DNA of 64,000 nucleotides, from the NCBI GenBank assembly GCA_050250935.1, contig JBFWNS010000004.1, positions 1 through 64,000 on the forward strand, written 5' to 3'. This DNA comes from Candidatus Margulisiibacteriota bacterium (GTDB taxonomy: Bacteria; Margulisbacteria; Marinamargulisbacteria; JBFWNS01). Below, piece after piece: positions 30,246-41,073 of this stretch (positions within the stretch are counted from its first letter, which is position 1; every line of letters begins with the position of its first letter). The position numbers and the translations under genes were made by a program. The notes beneath the pieces were generated by a model that saw only the letters and a list, made by a program, of their open reading frames with translations, did no database searches and had not been told where the DNA came from.

Positions 30246-31434
30246 ACCCGCATTTAAACCCGATGCCGACTCTCATTTGGTGACCCTCAATTTGGGGCCA
30301 ACCCACCCCGCTACCCACGGTGTCTTTCAGAACATCATCACCCTGGATGGCGAGCGTATTGTGGATGCCGTCCCCACCATCGGCTACATTCACCGGGCCT
30401 TCGAAAAAATCGCCGAACACAGGCCCTACTATCAAATCACCCCCCTAACGGACCGACTCAACTATTGCTCCTCACCCATCAACAACATCGGCTGGCACAT
30501 GACGGTCGAAAAATTGCTCGAGGTCAAAACCCCAAAACGGGTCGACTATTTGCGTATCATCATCATGGAGCTAGCCCGCATTTCCGACCACTTAATTTGC
30601 AACAGCATTTTGGGGGTCGATACTGGGGCCTTTTCCGGTTTCCTTTATCTCTTTCAATACCGAGAAGCCATTTACGAAATCTACGAAGAAATCTGCGGGG
30701 CCCGACTCACCACGAACATCGGTCGGATCGGCGGTTTTGAGCGCGATATCAACGACGTGGCTTTGGCCAAGCTCAAAAAATTCCTCGCCGAATTCCCTGT
30801 GGCCCTTAAAGAATTCGAAAACCTCTTTAACCGGAACCGCATTTTTATGGACAGAACCATCGGTGTCGGGGCTATTTCAGCCGAACGAGCCCTTAATTAT
30901 GGCTTCACCGGCCCCAATTTACGGGCTGCTGGCGTCGACTATGATGTTCGGGTTATGAATCCCTATTCGTCCTACGAAGACTTCGAATTTGACATTCCCG
31001 TGGGCACCAACGGCGACACCTATGACCGTTTTATGGTTCGTAACGAAGAAATGTGGCAAAGTTTGCGCATCATCGAAACGGCTCTGAAGAATCTTCCCGA
31101 AGGACCTTTTCATGCCGATGTTCCCGAGTTCTATTTGCCACCCAAAGAAGAGGTTTACTCTCAAATGGAAGCCCTCATTTATCACTTTAAGGTGGTAATG
31201 GGCGAAATTCCTGTGCCCGTCGGCGAGGTTTATCACGCTGTAGAAGGCGGGAATGGGGAATTGGGTTTCTATCTGGTTTCCGATGGTGGACGCTCGCCAT
31301 TTCGGTTGCATTTTAGACGCCCCTGTTTTATTTATTATCAAGCCTATGCCGAGATGGCCAAAGGCTCCTTGATTTCGGATGCCATTTTAACCCTCAGTAG
31401 CCTTAATGTGATTGCCGGAGAACTCGATGCCTAG
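30223..31434 (+). CDS. nuoD: NADH-quinone oxidoreductase subunit D
   Basis: NLGPTHPATHG, GYIHRAFEK, DRLNY; start uncertain. Confidence 0.95.
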   Translation: MIFLDENKPAFKPDADSHLVTLNLGPTHPATHGVFQNIITLDGERIVDAVPTIGYIHRAFEKIAEHRPYYQITPLTDRLNYCSSPINNIGWHMTVEKLLEVKTPKRVDYLRIIIMELARISDHLICNSILGVDTGAFSGFLYLFQYREAIYEIYEEICGARLTTNIGRIGGFERDINDVALAKLKKFLAEFPVALKEFENLFNRNRIFMDRTIGVGAISAERALNYGFTGPNLRAAGVDYDVRVMNPYSSYEDFEFDIPVGTNGDTYDRFMVRNEEMWQSLRIIETALKNLPEGPFHADVPEFYLPPKEEVYSQMEALIYHFKVVMGEIPVPVGEVYHAVEGGNGELGFYLVSDGGRSPFRLHFRRPCFIYYQAYAEMAKGSLISDAILTLSSLNVIAGELDA

Positions 31435-31957
31435 TTTTTCACCCGAAGCCCTTGCTCAAATTCAAACCCACATCTCCCACTACCCACCAGGCAAGCAAAA
31501 ATCGGCCATTTTACCGGTCTTGCATATTGCCCAAGTCGAGTTTGGATGGCTGAGTGTTGAAACCATGAACGAGGTTGCCAAACTGCTCGAGATTCAACCC
31601 ATCGAAGTGTACGAAGTCGCGACGTTTTACACGATGTATCACCTAAAACCCACCGGAACCTATGTGTTCGAGGTTTGCCAAACCGGCCCTTGCTGCCTGA
31701 TTGGCGCCGAACGCATCATTGGCTATTTGGAAAAAAAGCTGGGCATTAAAGTCGGCGAAACCACCTCCGATGGCTTGTTCACCCTCAAAGTCACCGAGTG
31801 TTTGGCCTCTTGTTCGACAGGCCCTGTGATGCAACTTGGCCACAACTATGTCGAAAACCTAACCGAAACCAAAGTTGATGAATTAATTGAATCACTTAAA
31901 GAACAAGCCAAATTGAACCCCAAACAACCACAACAAGGAACGTCCATTCATGGCTAA
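31427..31957 (+). CDS. nuoE: NADH-quinone oxidoreductase subunit E
   Basis: VATFYTMY, CQTGPC, ECLASC. Confidence 0.95.
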   Translation: MPSFSPEALAQIQTHISHYPPGKQKSAILPVLHIAQVEFGWLSVETMNEVAKLLEIQPIEVYEVATFYTMYHLKPTGTYVFEVCQTGPCCLIGAERIIGYLEKKLGIKVGETTSDGLFTLKVTECLASCSTGPVMQLGHNYVENLTETKVDELIESLKEQAKLNPKQPQQGTSIHG

Positions 31958-33287
31958 AGACCGTCAAATTCTACTGGAAAATCTCGCTGTCCCCGGCATC
32001 GATACCTTCGAGGTCTACCGGGCACACGGTGGCTATACAGCGGTTGAAAAAGCCTTAAAAACCCTTGCCCCAGACGACGTTATTGAACATGTCAAAACCT
32101 CTGGGCTTCGGGGTCGTGGCGGGGCCAGTTTCCCCACCGGTACCAAATGGAGTTTGCTCGACAGAACCTCGGGTAAACAGCGCTTTTTGGTGTGCAATGC
32201 CGACGAAAGCGAACCCGGCACCTTCAAAGATCGCTATTTAATGGAACACATCCCACATCGGTTGATTGAAGGGATGATTTTGGGCAGCTTTGCCCTGGGA
32301 TCTCCCCTATCTTATATCTATGTTCGCGGCGAGTTAATGTGGTTAATCCACAAGCTCAACAAAGCCATTGAAGAAGCCAAAAACAACGGGTTTTTGGGGA
32401 AAAATATTTTGGGCTCTGGATTTGATTTAGAGCTTTATGTCCACCCCGGTGCAGGCGCCTATATTTGCGGCGAAGAAACCGCCCTTTTGGAATCCTTGGA
32501 AGGCAAACGCGGCAACCCCCGCATGAAGCCACCTTTTTCGGCTACAGTAGGTCTTTATGGATTGCCCACTGTGGTCAACAACGTCGAAACCATTGCCGCA
32601 TTACCCTGGATCGTCACCAACGGCGGTGATGAATACGCCAAGATTGGCATCGGCAGAAGCACAGGTACCAAGCTGATGTCGGCTTGTGGTCACATTAACA
32701 AACCCGGTGTTTACGAAATCGAAATGGGCCTTCCTGTCGAAGAATTTATTTTTTCGGACGACTATTGCGGCGGGATAAAAGGGGGTAAAAAATTTAAAGC
32801 CCTGGTTCCTGGCGGCTCTTCAGCCCCCATCTTGCCCGCCCATTTGGCCCTTAAAACAGCCAAAGGCGACCCCCGTCTCTTAACCTACGAATCCATGATG
32901 GACGGCTGGTTCGAAACCGCCTCCATGATGGGATCTGGCGGCTTTATTGTGATGGACGAAACCACCTGTATTGTCCGCAACACTTGGAATTTTTCACGGT
33001 TTTATCACCACGAATCTTGTGGTCAATGCAGCCCTTGCCGAGAAGGCACTGGCTGGTTGGAAAAGGTCTTACACCGCATCGAACACGGCCATGGAAAACC
33101 CAGCGATTTGGACTTGTTGTTGGATGTGGCCAAAAAAATTGAAGGCAAAACCATCTGTTCGTTTGGGGAAGCCGCGGCTTGGCCGGTTGCCAGCGCTGTT
33201 CGGCATTTCCGAGACGAATTCGAGCATCACATCCAACATCCTCAAAAAGCCATGCAAACCAGCCAATTGGAAACGAGTATAAAATGA
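31950..33287 (+). CDS. nuoF: NADH-quinone oxidoreductase subunit F
   Basis: GLRGRGG, NADESEPGTFKDR, YICGEETAL, ESCGQCSPCREG. Confidence 0.97.
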   Translation: MAKDRQILLENLAVPGIDTFEVYRAHGGYTAVEKALKTLAPDDVIEHVKTSGLRGRGGASFPTGTKWSLLDRTSGKQRFLVCNADESEPGTFKDRYLMEHIPHRLIEGMILGSFALGSPLSYIYVRGELMWLIHKLNKAIEEAKNNGFLGKNILGSGFDLELYVHPGAGAYICGEETALLESLEGKRGNPRMKPPFSATVGLYGLPTVVNNVETIAALPWIVTNGGDEYAKIGIGRSTGTKLMSACGHINKPGVYEIEMGLPVEEFIFSDDYCGGIKGGKKFKALVPGGSSAPILPAHLALKTAKGDPRLLTYESMMDGWFETASMMGSGGFIVMDETTCIVRNTWNFSRFYHHESCGQCSPCREGTGWLEKVLHRIEHGHGKPSDLDLLLDVAKKIEGKTICSFGEAAAWPVASAVRHFRDEFEHHIQHPQKAMQTSQLETSIK

Positions 33288-34261
33288 GCGAACTTGAGCC
33301 TGTAACCAAAACTGTCAAACTCACCATCGACAACACTGTGGTCGAAGTTCCAGAAGGCACCAGTGTTCTGGAAGCCGCCCGTAAAATTGGCGCCGACACG
33401 GCCCCACCGGCCATGTGCTACTACTCCAAACTGGAAGGGTCTGGGGGAAAATGCAGAACCTGTCTGGTTCGCATTGCCCAAACCTCGACCAAAGAACCCC
33501 GTCCCCAAAACAAACTAGCTCCTTCCTGCAGAACCTTGGTTCAAGAGGGCATGGTGGTCGAGAATAATTCTTCGGCCGAAGTTCTAGAAGCCCGAAAAGG
33601 CGTGGTGGAACTCTTGCTAATCAACCATCCTTTGGACTGCCCCATCTGCGACCAAGCTGGGGAATGCGACCTGCAAAACCTGGCCTTCGAACACGGCGCA
33701 GAAACCACAAACTACGAAGAAGACCGACGCCGCTACCCCGTCAAAGACATCGGCGACCTCATCAAACTCCACATGAACCGCTGCATTTTGTGTTATCGCT
33801 GTGTGTATGTGGCCGATCAGCTAACGGACCAGCGTCATCATGGCGTGTTGTGGCGCGGGGATGCAGCCGAAATTGGCACCTATATTCAAACCGCCATCAC
33901 CAACGATTTTTCCGGCAACATGATCGACGTGTGCCCCGTGGGCGCCCTAACCGATAAAACCTTCAGATTCAAAAGCAGGGTTTGGTTTACCCGACCTCTC
34001 AATGCCCACCGCAATTGTCCAACCTGCTGCGGCAAAACTGTGGTCTGGCTCAAAGGCAACGAGGTCCTTCGCGTAACAGCCCGCAAAACACTGGTTGGCG
34101 AAGTTGTGGATTTTATTTGCAACACCTGCCGCTTCGAGAAAAAACACAAAGACGATTGGGTTTTGGAAGGACCTACACACATTGCCAGAACCTCTGTCAT
34201 TTCCCAAAATCACTACGAAACGGTGGTTAGACCTCAGCCTCAACTAAAGGGTCCACAATGA
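33284..34261 (+). CDS. nuoG: NADH-quinone oxidoreductase subunit G, short form (325 aa)
   Basis: NHPLDCPICDQAGECDLQ, RCILCYRC, CPVGAL; large C-terminal domain absent. Confidence 0.92.
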   Translation: MSELEPVTKTVKLTIDNTVVEVPEGTSVLEAARKIGADTAPPAMCYYSKLEGSGGKCRTCLVRIAQTSTKEPRPQNKLAPSCRTLVQEGMVVENNSSAEVLEARKGVVELLLINHPLDCPICDQAGECDLQNLAFEHGAETTNYEEDRRRYPVKDIGDLIKLHMNRCILCYRCVYVADQLTDQRHHGVLWRGDAAEIGTYIQTAITNDFSGNMIDVCPVGALTDKTFRFKSRVWFTRPLNAHRNCPTCCGKTVVWLKGNEVLRVTARKTLVGEVVDFICNTCRFEKKHKDDWVLEGPTHIARTSVISQNHYETVVRPQPQLKGPQ

Positions 34262-35280
34262 TTTTTTTCATCACCCAAAAACTCATTCTGGTTCTCATTA
34301 TTTTTACCATCACCCTCGTGATTGCCATGTATGCAACACTGGCCGAGCGCAAATTCGCCGCCTTTTTCCAAGACCGTTTGGGCCCAGACCGCGCAGGTCC
34401 CTTTGGGTTGCTTCAGCCACTGGCCGATGGTATTAAGTTCTTTTTTAAAGAAGAATTTATACCCAGCCAAGCCGATAAATTACTCTTTATTTTAGGCCCT
34501 TGTATTGCCATGATTTGTGCGTTGATGGCCGGCGCCGTGATTCCCTGGGGCGACACCTTAACCTTATTTGGGCATTCCTTTAATCTGCAACTCTCTGACC
34601 TTCCTGTGGGCATTTTGTACGTGTTTGCTGTGGTGTCGATTGGGGTGTATGGCATCATGATTGGGGGTTGGGCCTCCAACAACAAATACGCCCTCTTAAG
34701 CACCTTGCGTGCCTCCTCGCAAATGATCAGCTACGAATTGGCCATGGGCATTGCCCTGTTGGCCCTGATTATGACCACCGGAACCCTAAGCCTTCGCGAG
34801 ATTGTCTTGGCCCAACATGGGTTTCACTGGAACATCCTCATCCAGCCTCTGGGTTTTCTGATTTTCATCATTTGCTCTTTGGCCGAAACCAACCGCACCC
34901 CCTTCGATTTACCCGAATGCGAAACCGAACTCATTGGGGGCTATCACACCGAATACAGCAGTATGAAATTGGGTTTTTATTTGTTTGCAGAATACATCAA
35001 CATGTTTACCGCTTCGGCTGTAATGGCCACCCTGTATTTTGGGGGCTTTAACTTTCCAGGGCTTCACCATTTACCCCTGGCCAGCAATTGGATTACCTTG
35101 CTGGGTGTCTTGGTCTTTTTTGCCAAAATTTTTGGATTTATGTTTCTGTTTATCTGGATTCGTTGGACTTTACCCCGATTTCGCTACGACCAACTCATGA
35201 AACTGGGATGGAAAATTCTACTCCCATTAAGTATCATCAACCTATTCGCCACCGGCATTGTTATGCTGCTTAAAGGATAA
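34258..35280 (+). CDS. nuoH: NADH-quinone oxidoreductase subunit H
   Basis: GLLQPLADGIK, ETNRTPFDLPE, PRFRYDQLM. Confidence 0.97.
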   Translation: MIFFITQKLILVLIIFTITLVIAMYATLAERKFAAFFQDRLGPDRAGPFGLLQPLADGIKFFFKEEFIPSQADKLLFILGPCIAMICALMAGAVIPWGDTLTLFGHSFNLQLSDLPVGILYVFAVVSIGVYGIMIGGWASNNKYALLSTLRASSQMISYELAMGIALLALIMTTGTLSLREIVLAQHGFHWNILIQPLGFLIFIICSLAETNRTPFDLPECETELIGGYHTEYSSMKLGFYLFAEYINMFTASAVMATLYFGGFNFPGLHHLPLASNWITLLGVLVFFAKIFGFMFLFIWIRWTLPRFRYDQLMKLGWKILLPLSIINLFATGIVMLLKG

Positions 35281-35282
35281 TC

Positions 35283-35825
35283 ATGCAACCCCTTAGTAAA
35301 CGCTCCAAAGTCGTTGTTCAAAAAGAGCTAACTTTTGCCGAAAAGCTCTATTTGCCCGCCATTTTGCAAGGTTTGGCCATTACGTTTAAGCACTTTTTCA
35401 AACGAAAAGTAACCGTCCGATATCCCGAAGAAAAACGATCCTTCAGCCCAGTTTATCGGGGGCTTCACGTACTCAAACGCGACGAAAACGGTGCTGAACG
35501 CTGCACCGCCTGCGGGCTTTGTGCCGTGGCCTGCCCCGCCGAGGCCATCACCATGATTGCCGAAGAACGCAAACCCGGCGAAGAAGCCTTGTATCGCGAA
35601 GAAAAATACGCCTCGACCTATAATATCAACATGTTGCGCTGTATTTTTTGCGGGCTTTGCGAAGAAGCCTGCCCCAAAGAAGCCATTTTCTTGACCGACC
35701 GCATTGTGCCTTCCAACTTCACCCGAGATACCTTTGTTTATGGCAAAGACAAGTTGGTCGAAGGCATCGACAACCGAATCGATATTTCAAAACGCCAACA
35801 GCAGCCCAAGGATCCCCTCTCATGA
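35283..35825 (+). CDS. nuoI: NADH-quinone oxidoreductase subunit I
   Basis: Two CxxCxxCxxxCP motifs. Confidence 0.96.
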   Translation: MQPLSKRSKVVVQKELTFAEKLYLPAILQGLAITFKHFFKRKVTVRYPEEKRSFSPVYRGLHVLKRDENGAERCTACGLCAVACPAEAITMIAEERKPGEEALYREEKYASTYNINMLRCIFCGLCEEACPKEAIFLTDRIVPSNFTRDTFVYGKDKLVEGIDNRIDISKRQQQPKDPLS

Positions 35826-36322
35826 ACCTGATTCACCTCGTTTTTTGGGGACTCTCTGCCCTGGCCATCGTGGCCGCCATGGGGGTTGTGTTTACCAAAA
35901 ACCCCGTGTACAGCATTTTAAGTTTGATAGCCTGCTTTTTTGCCATTGCCGGGCACTATGTATTGCTAAGCGCCTCTTTTTTGGCCGTGGTTCACATCAT
36001 TGTCTATGCCGGTGCCATTATGGTGTTGTTTTTGTTTGTTCTAATGCTCTTAAACCTGAATGCAGAAACCGAAGCTCAAAAGCCCTTTTTTAAGCAGTTA
36101 ATTGCTGTGCTTTCTGCGGGCATGTTGTTACTGTCTTTGGTCGCTGTTACCAAAAAAGCCACCCTACACACCCTACCAACACTTCAAAAAACAGGCTCGG
36201 CAGAAGCCTTGGGAAAACTGCTGTTTTCCACCTACTTGATTCCCTTTGAACTGACTTCAGTCTTGTTTCTAGCCGCCTTGGTTGGGGTGGTGATGATTGG
36301 CAAACAAGGAGATTCCAAATGA
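35822..36322 (+). CDS. nuoJ: NADH-quinone oxidoreductase subunit J
   Basis: VYAGAIMVLFLFV, PFEL. Confidence 0.95.
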   Translation: MNLIHLVFWGLSALAIVAAMGVVFTKNPVYSILSLIACFFAIAGHYVLLSASFLAVVHIIVYAGAIMVLFLFVLMLLNLNAETEAQKPFFKQLIAVLSAGMLLLSLVAVTKKATLHTLPTLQKTGSAEALGKLLFSTYLIPFELTSVLFLAALVGVVMIGKQGDSK

Positions 36323-36636
36323 CGGTTTTATCCGCAATTCCCTGCAATTGGTACGTTGCACTAAGCCTGATTTTATTCTTTTTTGGCCTTTGCGGCCTGG
36401 CCCTGCGCCGCAACACCATCTGCATGTTGATGTCCGTGGAGTTGATGTTTAACGCCGTAAACCTGCTTTTGGTAACCTTTTCGGCCTATTTTGGCGATTT
36501 GTCGGCCCAGATTTTTGTGTTTTTTATCATGATTGTGGCCGCTGCCGAGGTATCGGTGGGATTGGCCATCATCACCTTGGTGTATCGCACCACGCACACC
36601 GTCGATAGCGAAGGATTGCAACAGCTCAAATGGTAA
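36319..36636 (+). CDS. nuoK: NADH-quinone oxidoreductase subunit K
   Basis: SVELMFN, AAAEVSVGLA. Confidence 0.95.
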   Translation: MTVLSAIPCNWYVALSLILFFFGLCGLALRRNTICMLMSVELMFNAVNLLLVTFSAYFGDLSAQIFVFFIMIVAAAEVSVGLAIITLVYRTTHTVDSEGLQQLKW

Positions 36637-38483
36637 ATCAACTGCTTTTTGTCTTTATTTTACTCCTGCCCTTGCTGGGCTTTTTAAGCATTACAGGACT
36701 CAACCACCGCCTTTCTAAACCCTTAGCCGGATGGCTGGCTTTTGGGGCCGTTTTTTTGTCTTTTATGTTGAACCTTCATGTGTTTTGGTACGGGCTTTTC
36801 CCCCACAATCTGGTCACCTTCACCTGGATTGCTGTCCCTCGATTTTCGCTTTCTCTGTCTTTTTTGTGGGATTCTTTATCGTTATGGATGAGCTTAATCA
36901 TCACCGGAATTGGGGCTTTGATTCATTTGTTTTCCATTGGATACATGGAAAAAGATCCTCGGTTTAACCGATTTTTTGCCTATTTGAACCTCTTTGTGTT
37001 TTTTATGTTGATCTTGGTTCTATCCGACAATTATTTGGGTACTTTTATTGGCTGGGAAGGGGTTGGATTGTGTTCGTTTTTGCTGATTGGCTTTTGGCAC
37101 CAAGACCTGGCCAACAGTACGGCCGCAAAAAAAGCCTTCATCATCAACCGCATTGGCGACTTGGGCTTCTTACTGGGAATTTTGCTGTTGCTCTGCACCT
37201 TTGGAACCCTGCAATTTGCCAGCATTTTAACGGTTCCTAGCCTAGCTTCTGCCTCTCCGATTTTGATTTCCACCATTGCCGTTTTGCTGCTGATTGGCGC
37301 CATTGGCAAAAGTGCCCAATTACCCCTTTCAACCTGGCTTCCCGATGCCATGGCCGGCCCCACGCCGGTTTCGGCCCTCATCCATGCGGCCACCATGGTA
37401 ACCGCCGGGGTCTACCTGATTGCCAGATCTTCCCTGCTGTTTTTGGCCGCCCCAGCCGTGATGAAAGTCATGCTCTGGATCGGGCTTGCAACCTCCCTTT
37501 ATGGCGGATTGGTCGCCACCCAACAACGGGACATCAAAAAAATCTTGGCCTATTCCACCGTCAGCCAATTGGGATTCATGGTCTCGGCCTTGGGATTGGG
37601 GGCCTTTTCTGCAGCCCTGTTCCATCTGACCACCCATGCCTTTTTTAAGGCTTTGTTATTTTTGGGCGCAGGATCCGTCATCCACGCCATGCACGAGGAA
37701 CAAGATGTGGCCAAAATGGGGGGATTACGCAAAAAAATCCCAGTAACCTTTGCCCTGTTTGTGATTGCAACACTGGCCATTGTGGGATTCCCGCCCCTCT
37801 CGGGCTTCTTTTCCAAAGACGCCATTTTGTTGGCAGGTCTGTCGCAGTCCAGCACGGTCTTTTTGGTCTACATCACCATTACAATTTTAACGGCCTTTTA
37901 TTCGTTTCGATTGCTGTATTTGGTGTTTTTTGGTCCTGCACGGTCGCAAAAAGCCGAACACGCCCACGAATCGGGCTGGTCCATGCTGCTCCCCATGGGG
38001 GTATTGGGCCTGCTGTCTGCGCTAGGCGGCTTGCTGGATCGACATGAGTTTATTCATCACTTTTTGAGCCCCAGCATCGTTGTATCCGAAATCGCAGTAT
38101 CCGTTACCACCGAACGGGTGGTTGGCCTTGCCACGCTGGCAATCTTGATTGGTATTGCCGTGGCCACCTACCGTTGGTACGCCAAAGTAACCACTTTAAT
38201 CGATCCCAATGCCTTGGGTGGTATTAATCAGTTTTTATACAACAAAGGGTATTTGGACGAAGTCTATACCTTGGCCATCACCCGCCCCTATGGCCTCTTA
38301 TCCGCAAGCTTTAACAGTTTGATTGAACGACGTTTGGCCGATCAACTATTAAGTAGCATTCACCGCTATATTGGCGCCCTCGCTCACCGCCTGAAAGCCT
38401 TTCAATCTGGCGTGGTTGGCGACTATGTGTTGGTGATGATTATTGGGCTTATCTTTATTTTAATAGGATTGGTACTACGATGA
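36630..38483 (+). CDS. nuoL: NADH-quinone oxidoreductase subunit L
   Basis: WLPDAMAGPTPVSALIHAATMVTAG, HAFFKALLF. Confidence 0.97.
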   Translation: MVNQLLFVFILLLPLLGFLSITGLNHRLSKPLAGWLAFGAVFLSFMLNLHVFWYGLFPHNLVTFTWIAVPRFSLSLSFLWDSLSLWMSLIITGIGALIHLFSIGYMEKDPRFNRFFAYLNLFVFFMLILVLSDNYLGTFIGWEGVGLCSFLLIGFWHQDLANSTAAKKAFIINRIGDLGFLLGILLLLCTFGTLQFASILTVPSLASASPILISTIAVLLLIGAIGKSAQLPLSTWLPDAMAGPTPVSALIHAATMVTAGVYLIARSSLLFLAAPAVMKVMLWIGLATSLYGGLVATQQRDIKKILAYSTVSQLGFMVSALGLGAFSAALFHLTTHAFFKALLFLGAGSVIHAMHEEQDVAKMGGLRKKIPVTFALFVIATLAIVGFPPLSGFFSKDAILLAGLSQSSTVFLVYITITILTAFYSFRLLYLVFFGPARSQKAEHAHESGWSMLLPMGVLGLLSALGGLLDRHEFIHHFLSPSIVVSEIAVSVTTERVVGLATLAILIGIAVATYRWYAKVTTLIDPNALGGINQFLYNKGYLDEVYTLAITRPYGLLSASFNSLIERRLADQLLSSIHRYIGALAHRLKAFQSGVVGDYVLVMIIGLIFILIGLVLR

Positions 38484-39850
38484 TGGCTCTCTTAACCCTG
38501 ACCCTCCCCTTTTTAGGCGCACTCGTTTGTGCCCTTCTTCCCCCAGCCTGGAGCCGATGGTTGGCCCTGGTAGCCAGTGTGGGAACAGCCTTGTGCCTTA
38601 AACTGATGCTGAAACACCCAGAAGCCATCCCCCACAGCCTGGGTCACGATCCGTTAACCACGACCTTGCTCATCATCACCGCGTTGTTTATTCCCTTTAT
38701 TATTGTGGGCACTTGGTCCAAAGCCTATTCCAAAGGCGTCTATGCCTCGCTTCTGGCAACCGAAGGGGCTCTGATTGGACTTTTTTGTGCGCAAAACGCC
38801 TTAATTTTCTATACTTTTTGGGAATTGGCCCTCTTGCCTTCCATCTACATGACCTACACAGCCAGCACCTCCGACAAGGTAAAAAGCATCACCTGGCGTT
38901 TCTTGTTGTATTCGTTGGCAGGGGGATTGGCCATGTTAACGGGTTTTTTATACCTCGGTGCCGCCCACGACACCTTCAACATTGCTGCACTGTGTTCCTT
39001 AAGCCTGCCTTTGGCAACCTCGAAATGGATTTTTGTGGCTTTGTTTGCAGCCTTTGCCGTCAAAACCCCTTTAATTCCCTTCCATGGTTGGCAACCCGAT
39101 ACCTACGAAGCCTCGCCCTATCCCGCAACCTTGGTTCTGGCCGTGTTGTTGTCCAAAATGGGCATCTATGGGCTTTTGCGATTTTATCCGCTGTTGCATC
39201 CTGTTATTGTGGCCTGGCATCCCTATTTGTTGGCCTTGGGAACCTTGGGTTGTTTGTATGCCGCCTTCTTGGCCTTTACCCAAACCTCGCTGAAACGGTT
39301 TATTGCCTATTCCTCCATTTCTCACCTCAGCATGATTGTGTTGGGAATCTTTTCGACCACATCCGATGGGATTTATGGTGCCACCTTCCAAGTCGTGTCG
39401 CATTGTGTGACCACCTTTGGGTTGTTTTTGGCCGCCTTTATTCTAAGCCACAGACGGGGCTCAGAAGACCTCGCCGATTTCGGTGGGGTTGCCAGCCAAG
39501 CGCCCTTGTTTGCTGGCCTGTTTTTGGTGGTGGTGATGGCCAGTGTGGCCCTGCCCTTTACCAGTGGGTTTATCGGTGAATTTTTGATTTTAAAAGGCCT
39601 TTTCCATATGAATCCCTTTATTGCATCTGCAGCTGGACTGACCTTGATTCTGGGCGCAGCCTACATGCTTAAACTGAATCAAAGTTTGTTTTATGGCAAA
39701 AACGACAGCAACACCCTGTATGCTTTGCTTCCACAAGAACGATTGTTATTAAGTCTTACAGCCGTAGCGGCTGTGGTATTGGGACTGTATCCAACCCCAC
39801 TCTTGAACTTCCTTGGGCACTTTATTTCTACCCTGGGAGGACTTCAATGA
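38480..39850 (+). CDS. nuoM: NADH-quinone oxidoreductase subunit M
   Basis: FWE, KTPLIPFHGW, LSKMG, GFIGEF. Confidence 0.94.
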   Translation: MMALLTLTLPFLGALVCALLPPAWSRWLALVASVGTALCLKLMLKHPEAIPHSLGHDPLTTTLLIITALFIPFIIVGTWSKAYSKGVYASLLATEGALIGLFCAQNALIFYTFWELALLPSIYMTYTASTSDKVKSITWRFLLYSLAGGLAMLTGFLYLGAAHDTFNIAALCSLSLPLATSKWIFVALFAAFAVKTPLIPFHGWQPDTYEASPYPATLVLAVLLSKMGIYGLLRFYPLLHPVIVAWHPYLLALGTLGCLYAAFLAFTQTSLKRFIAYSSISHLSMIVLGIFSTTSDGIYGATFQVVSHCVTTFGLFLAAFILSHRRGSEDLADFGGVASQAPLFAGLFLVVVMASVALPFTSGFIGEFLILKGLFHMNPFIASAAGLTLILGAAYMLKLNQSLFYGKNDSNTLYALLPQERLLLSLTAVAAVVLGLYPTPLLNFLGHFISTLGGLQ

Positions 39851-41073
39851 TTAGCCTATTACTCTTAACCGGCTCCGGTATTCTGGCCATGTTGGGCACT
39901 TTTTTACCCTATCGAAAAACCCTGATAACCCTGATTGTTTTGGGCTATCTGACGGCATTCGCAGCACTGTGGTGCCCGATACCCAGCATCACCTTGTTTT
40001 CGCTTCAGGAAACAGCCCTGCCCATTTCGGCAACCCTTTTGGCGATCGCTGGCATTTTGTTGTTGCTGTTGCGTCCAGCTAAACAAGGCCTGCTTTCCAA
40101 CCCCTTCAACCACGTGGCCATCCTGCTGTTTTCTTTGGTTGGTGCCTTGTTGATGGTGGGTTTTGAACATATGGTATTGCTCTTTTTGGGCTTGGAAATT
40201 CTCTCGCTTCCCCTCTATGTTATGGCCGCAAGCCAAGCCAATTCCCCCGCTTCCAAAGAAGCGGCACTCAAGTATTTTATTCTGGGCGCCTTTGCCAGCA
40301 GTCTGTTGCTGTTGGGCATTACCTTTGGCTATGGGGCCACTCACAGCTTTGTTCTGTACGACCTGTTGACCGCTGCCCCAACCCTGTATTCCCAACTAGG
40401 GTTTTTGTTTTTGCTGGCCGGTTTGGGCTTTAAATTGGGAATTGTTCCTTTCCACAGCTGGGTACCCGATGTGTACGAGGGTAGCCCCACCCTCTATACC
40501 GGCTACATGGCCACGGTTGTAAAGCTCGCCGCTGGCTATGCTTTTATTCGCATTTTTGGATTCCCAGGGGTTCTGAGCCATCAATCCAACCTCTTTGCCG
40601 CACTGGCCGTTATTGGGATGACGGTAGGTAACCTGATGGCCCTCAAACAACACAATCCCAAGCGCATCTTGGCCTATTCCAGCATTGCCCAAATGGGCTA
40701 TCTTTTGTTGGCCTTTGTGGGCACACAGCCGTCTCCGCCATCTGCACTGATCTATCTTGGGGCCTATGCGTTGGCCTCTTTGGGGACGTTTGCGGTGTTG
40801 ACCCTTATCGAAACCAAACAGGTGCCACTGGGTGGGCTCATTAAAAAGCACCCGATTTTGGCCTGGATTTGGATCCTTAGCCTTTTGTCTTTGGCTGGCA
40901 TTCCGCCCCTACCTGGCTTTCTGGCGAAAATCACCTTGTTCTTTCATGTCTTTACCCAAGGCCACCCCGTGTTGGTGATCGTGGCCGTGGTCAATTCGCT
41001 GATCAGTTTGGGGTATTACGGACAATTGGCGTTTACGGCCCTTAGCAGCCCGCAGGAAGCTTCGGCGGAATAA
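39847..41073 (+). CDS. nuoN: NADH-quinone oxidoreductase subunit N
   Basis: EAALKYF, PFHSWVPDVYEGSP, SLAGIPP. Confidence 0.94.
   Translation: MISLLLLTGSGILAMLGTFLPYRKTLITLIVLGYLTAFAALWCPIPSITLFSLQETALPISATLLAIAGILLLLLRPAKQGLLSNPFNHVAILLFSLVGALLMVGFEHMVLLFLGLEILSLPLYVMAASQANSPASKEAALKYFILGAFASSLLLLGITFGYGATHSFVLYDLLTAAPTLYSQLGFLFLLAGLGFKLGIVPFHSWVPDVYEGSPTLYTGYMATVVKLAAGYAFIRIFGFPGVLSHQSNLFAALAVIGMTVGNLMALKQHNPKRILAYSSIAQMGYLLLAFVGTQPSPPSALIYLGAYALASLGTFAVLTLIETKQVPLGGLIKKHPILAWIWILSLLSLAGIPPLPGFLAKITLFFHVFTQGHPVLVIVAVVNSLISLGYYGQLAFTALSSPQEASAE

Noticed and set aside
33284..34261. nuoG pseudogene
   Set aside because: Clean ATGA coupling to nuoH and no remnant of the missing domain indicate a natural short form
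38713..39579. 288-aa alternative-frame ORF inside nuoM
   Set aside because: No protein-like motifs; nuoM explains the region
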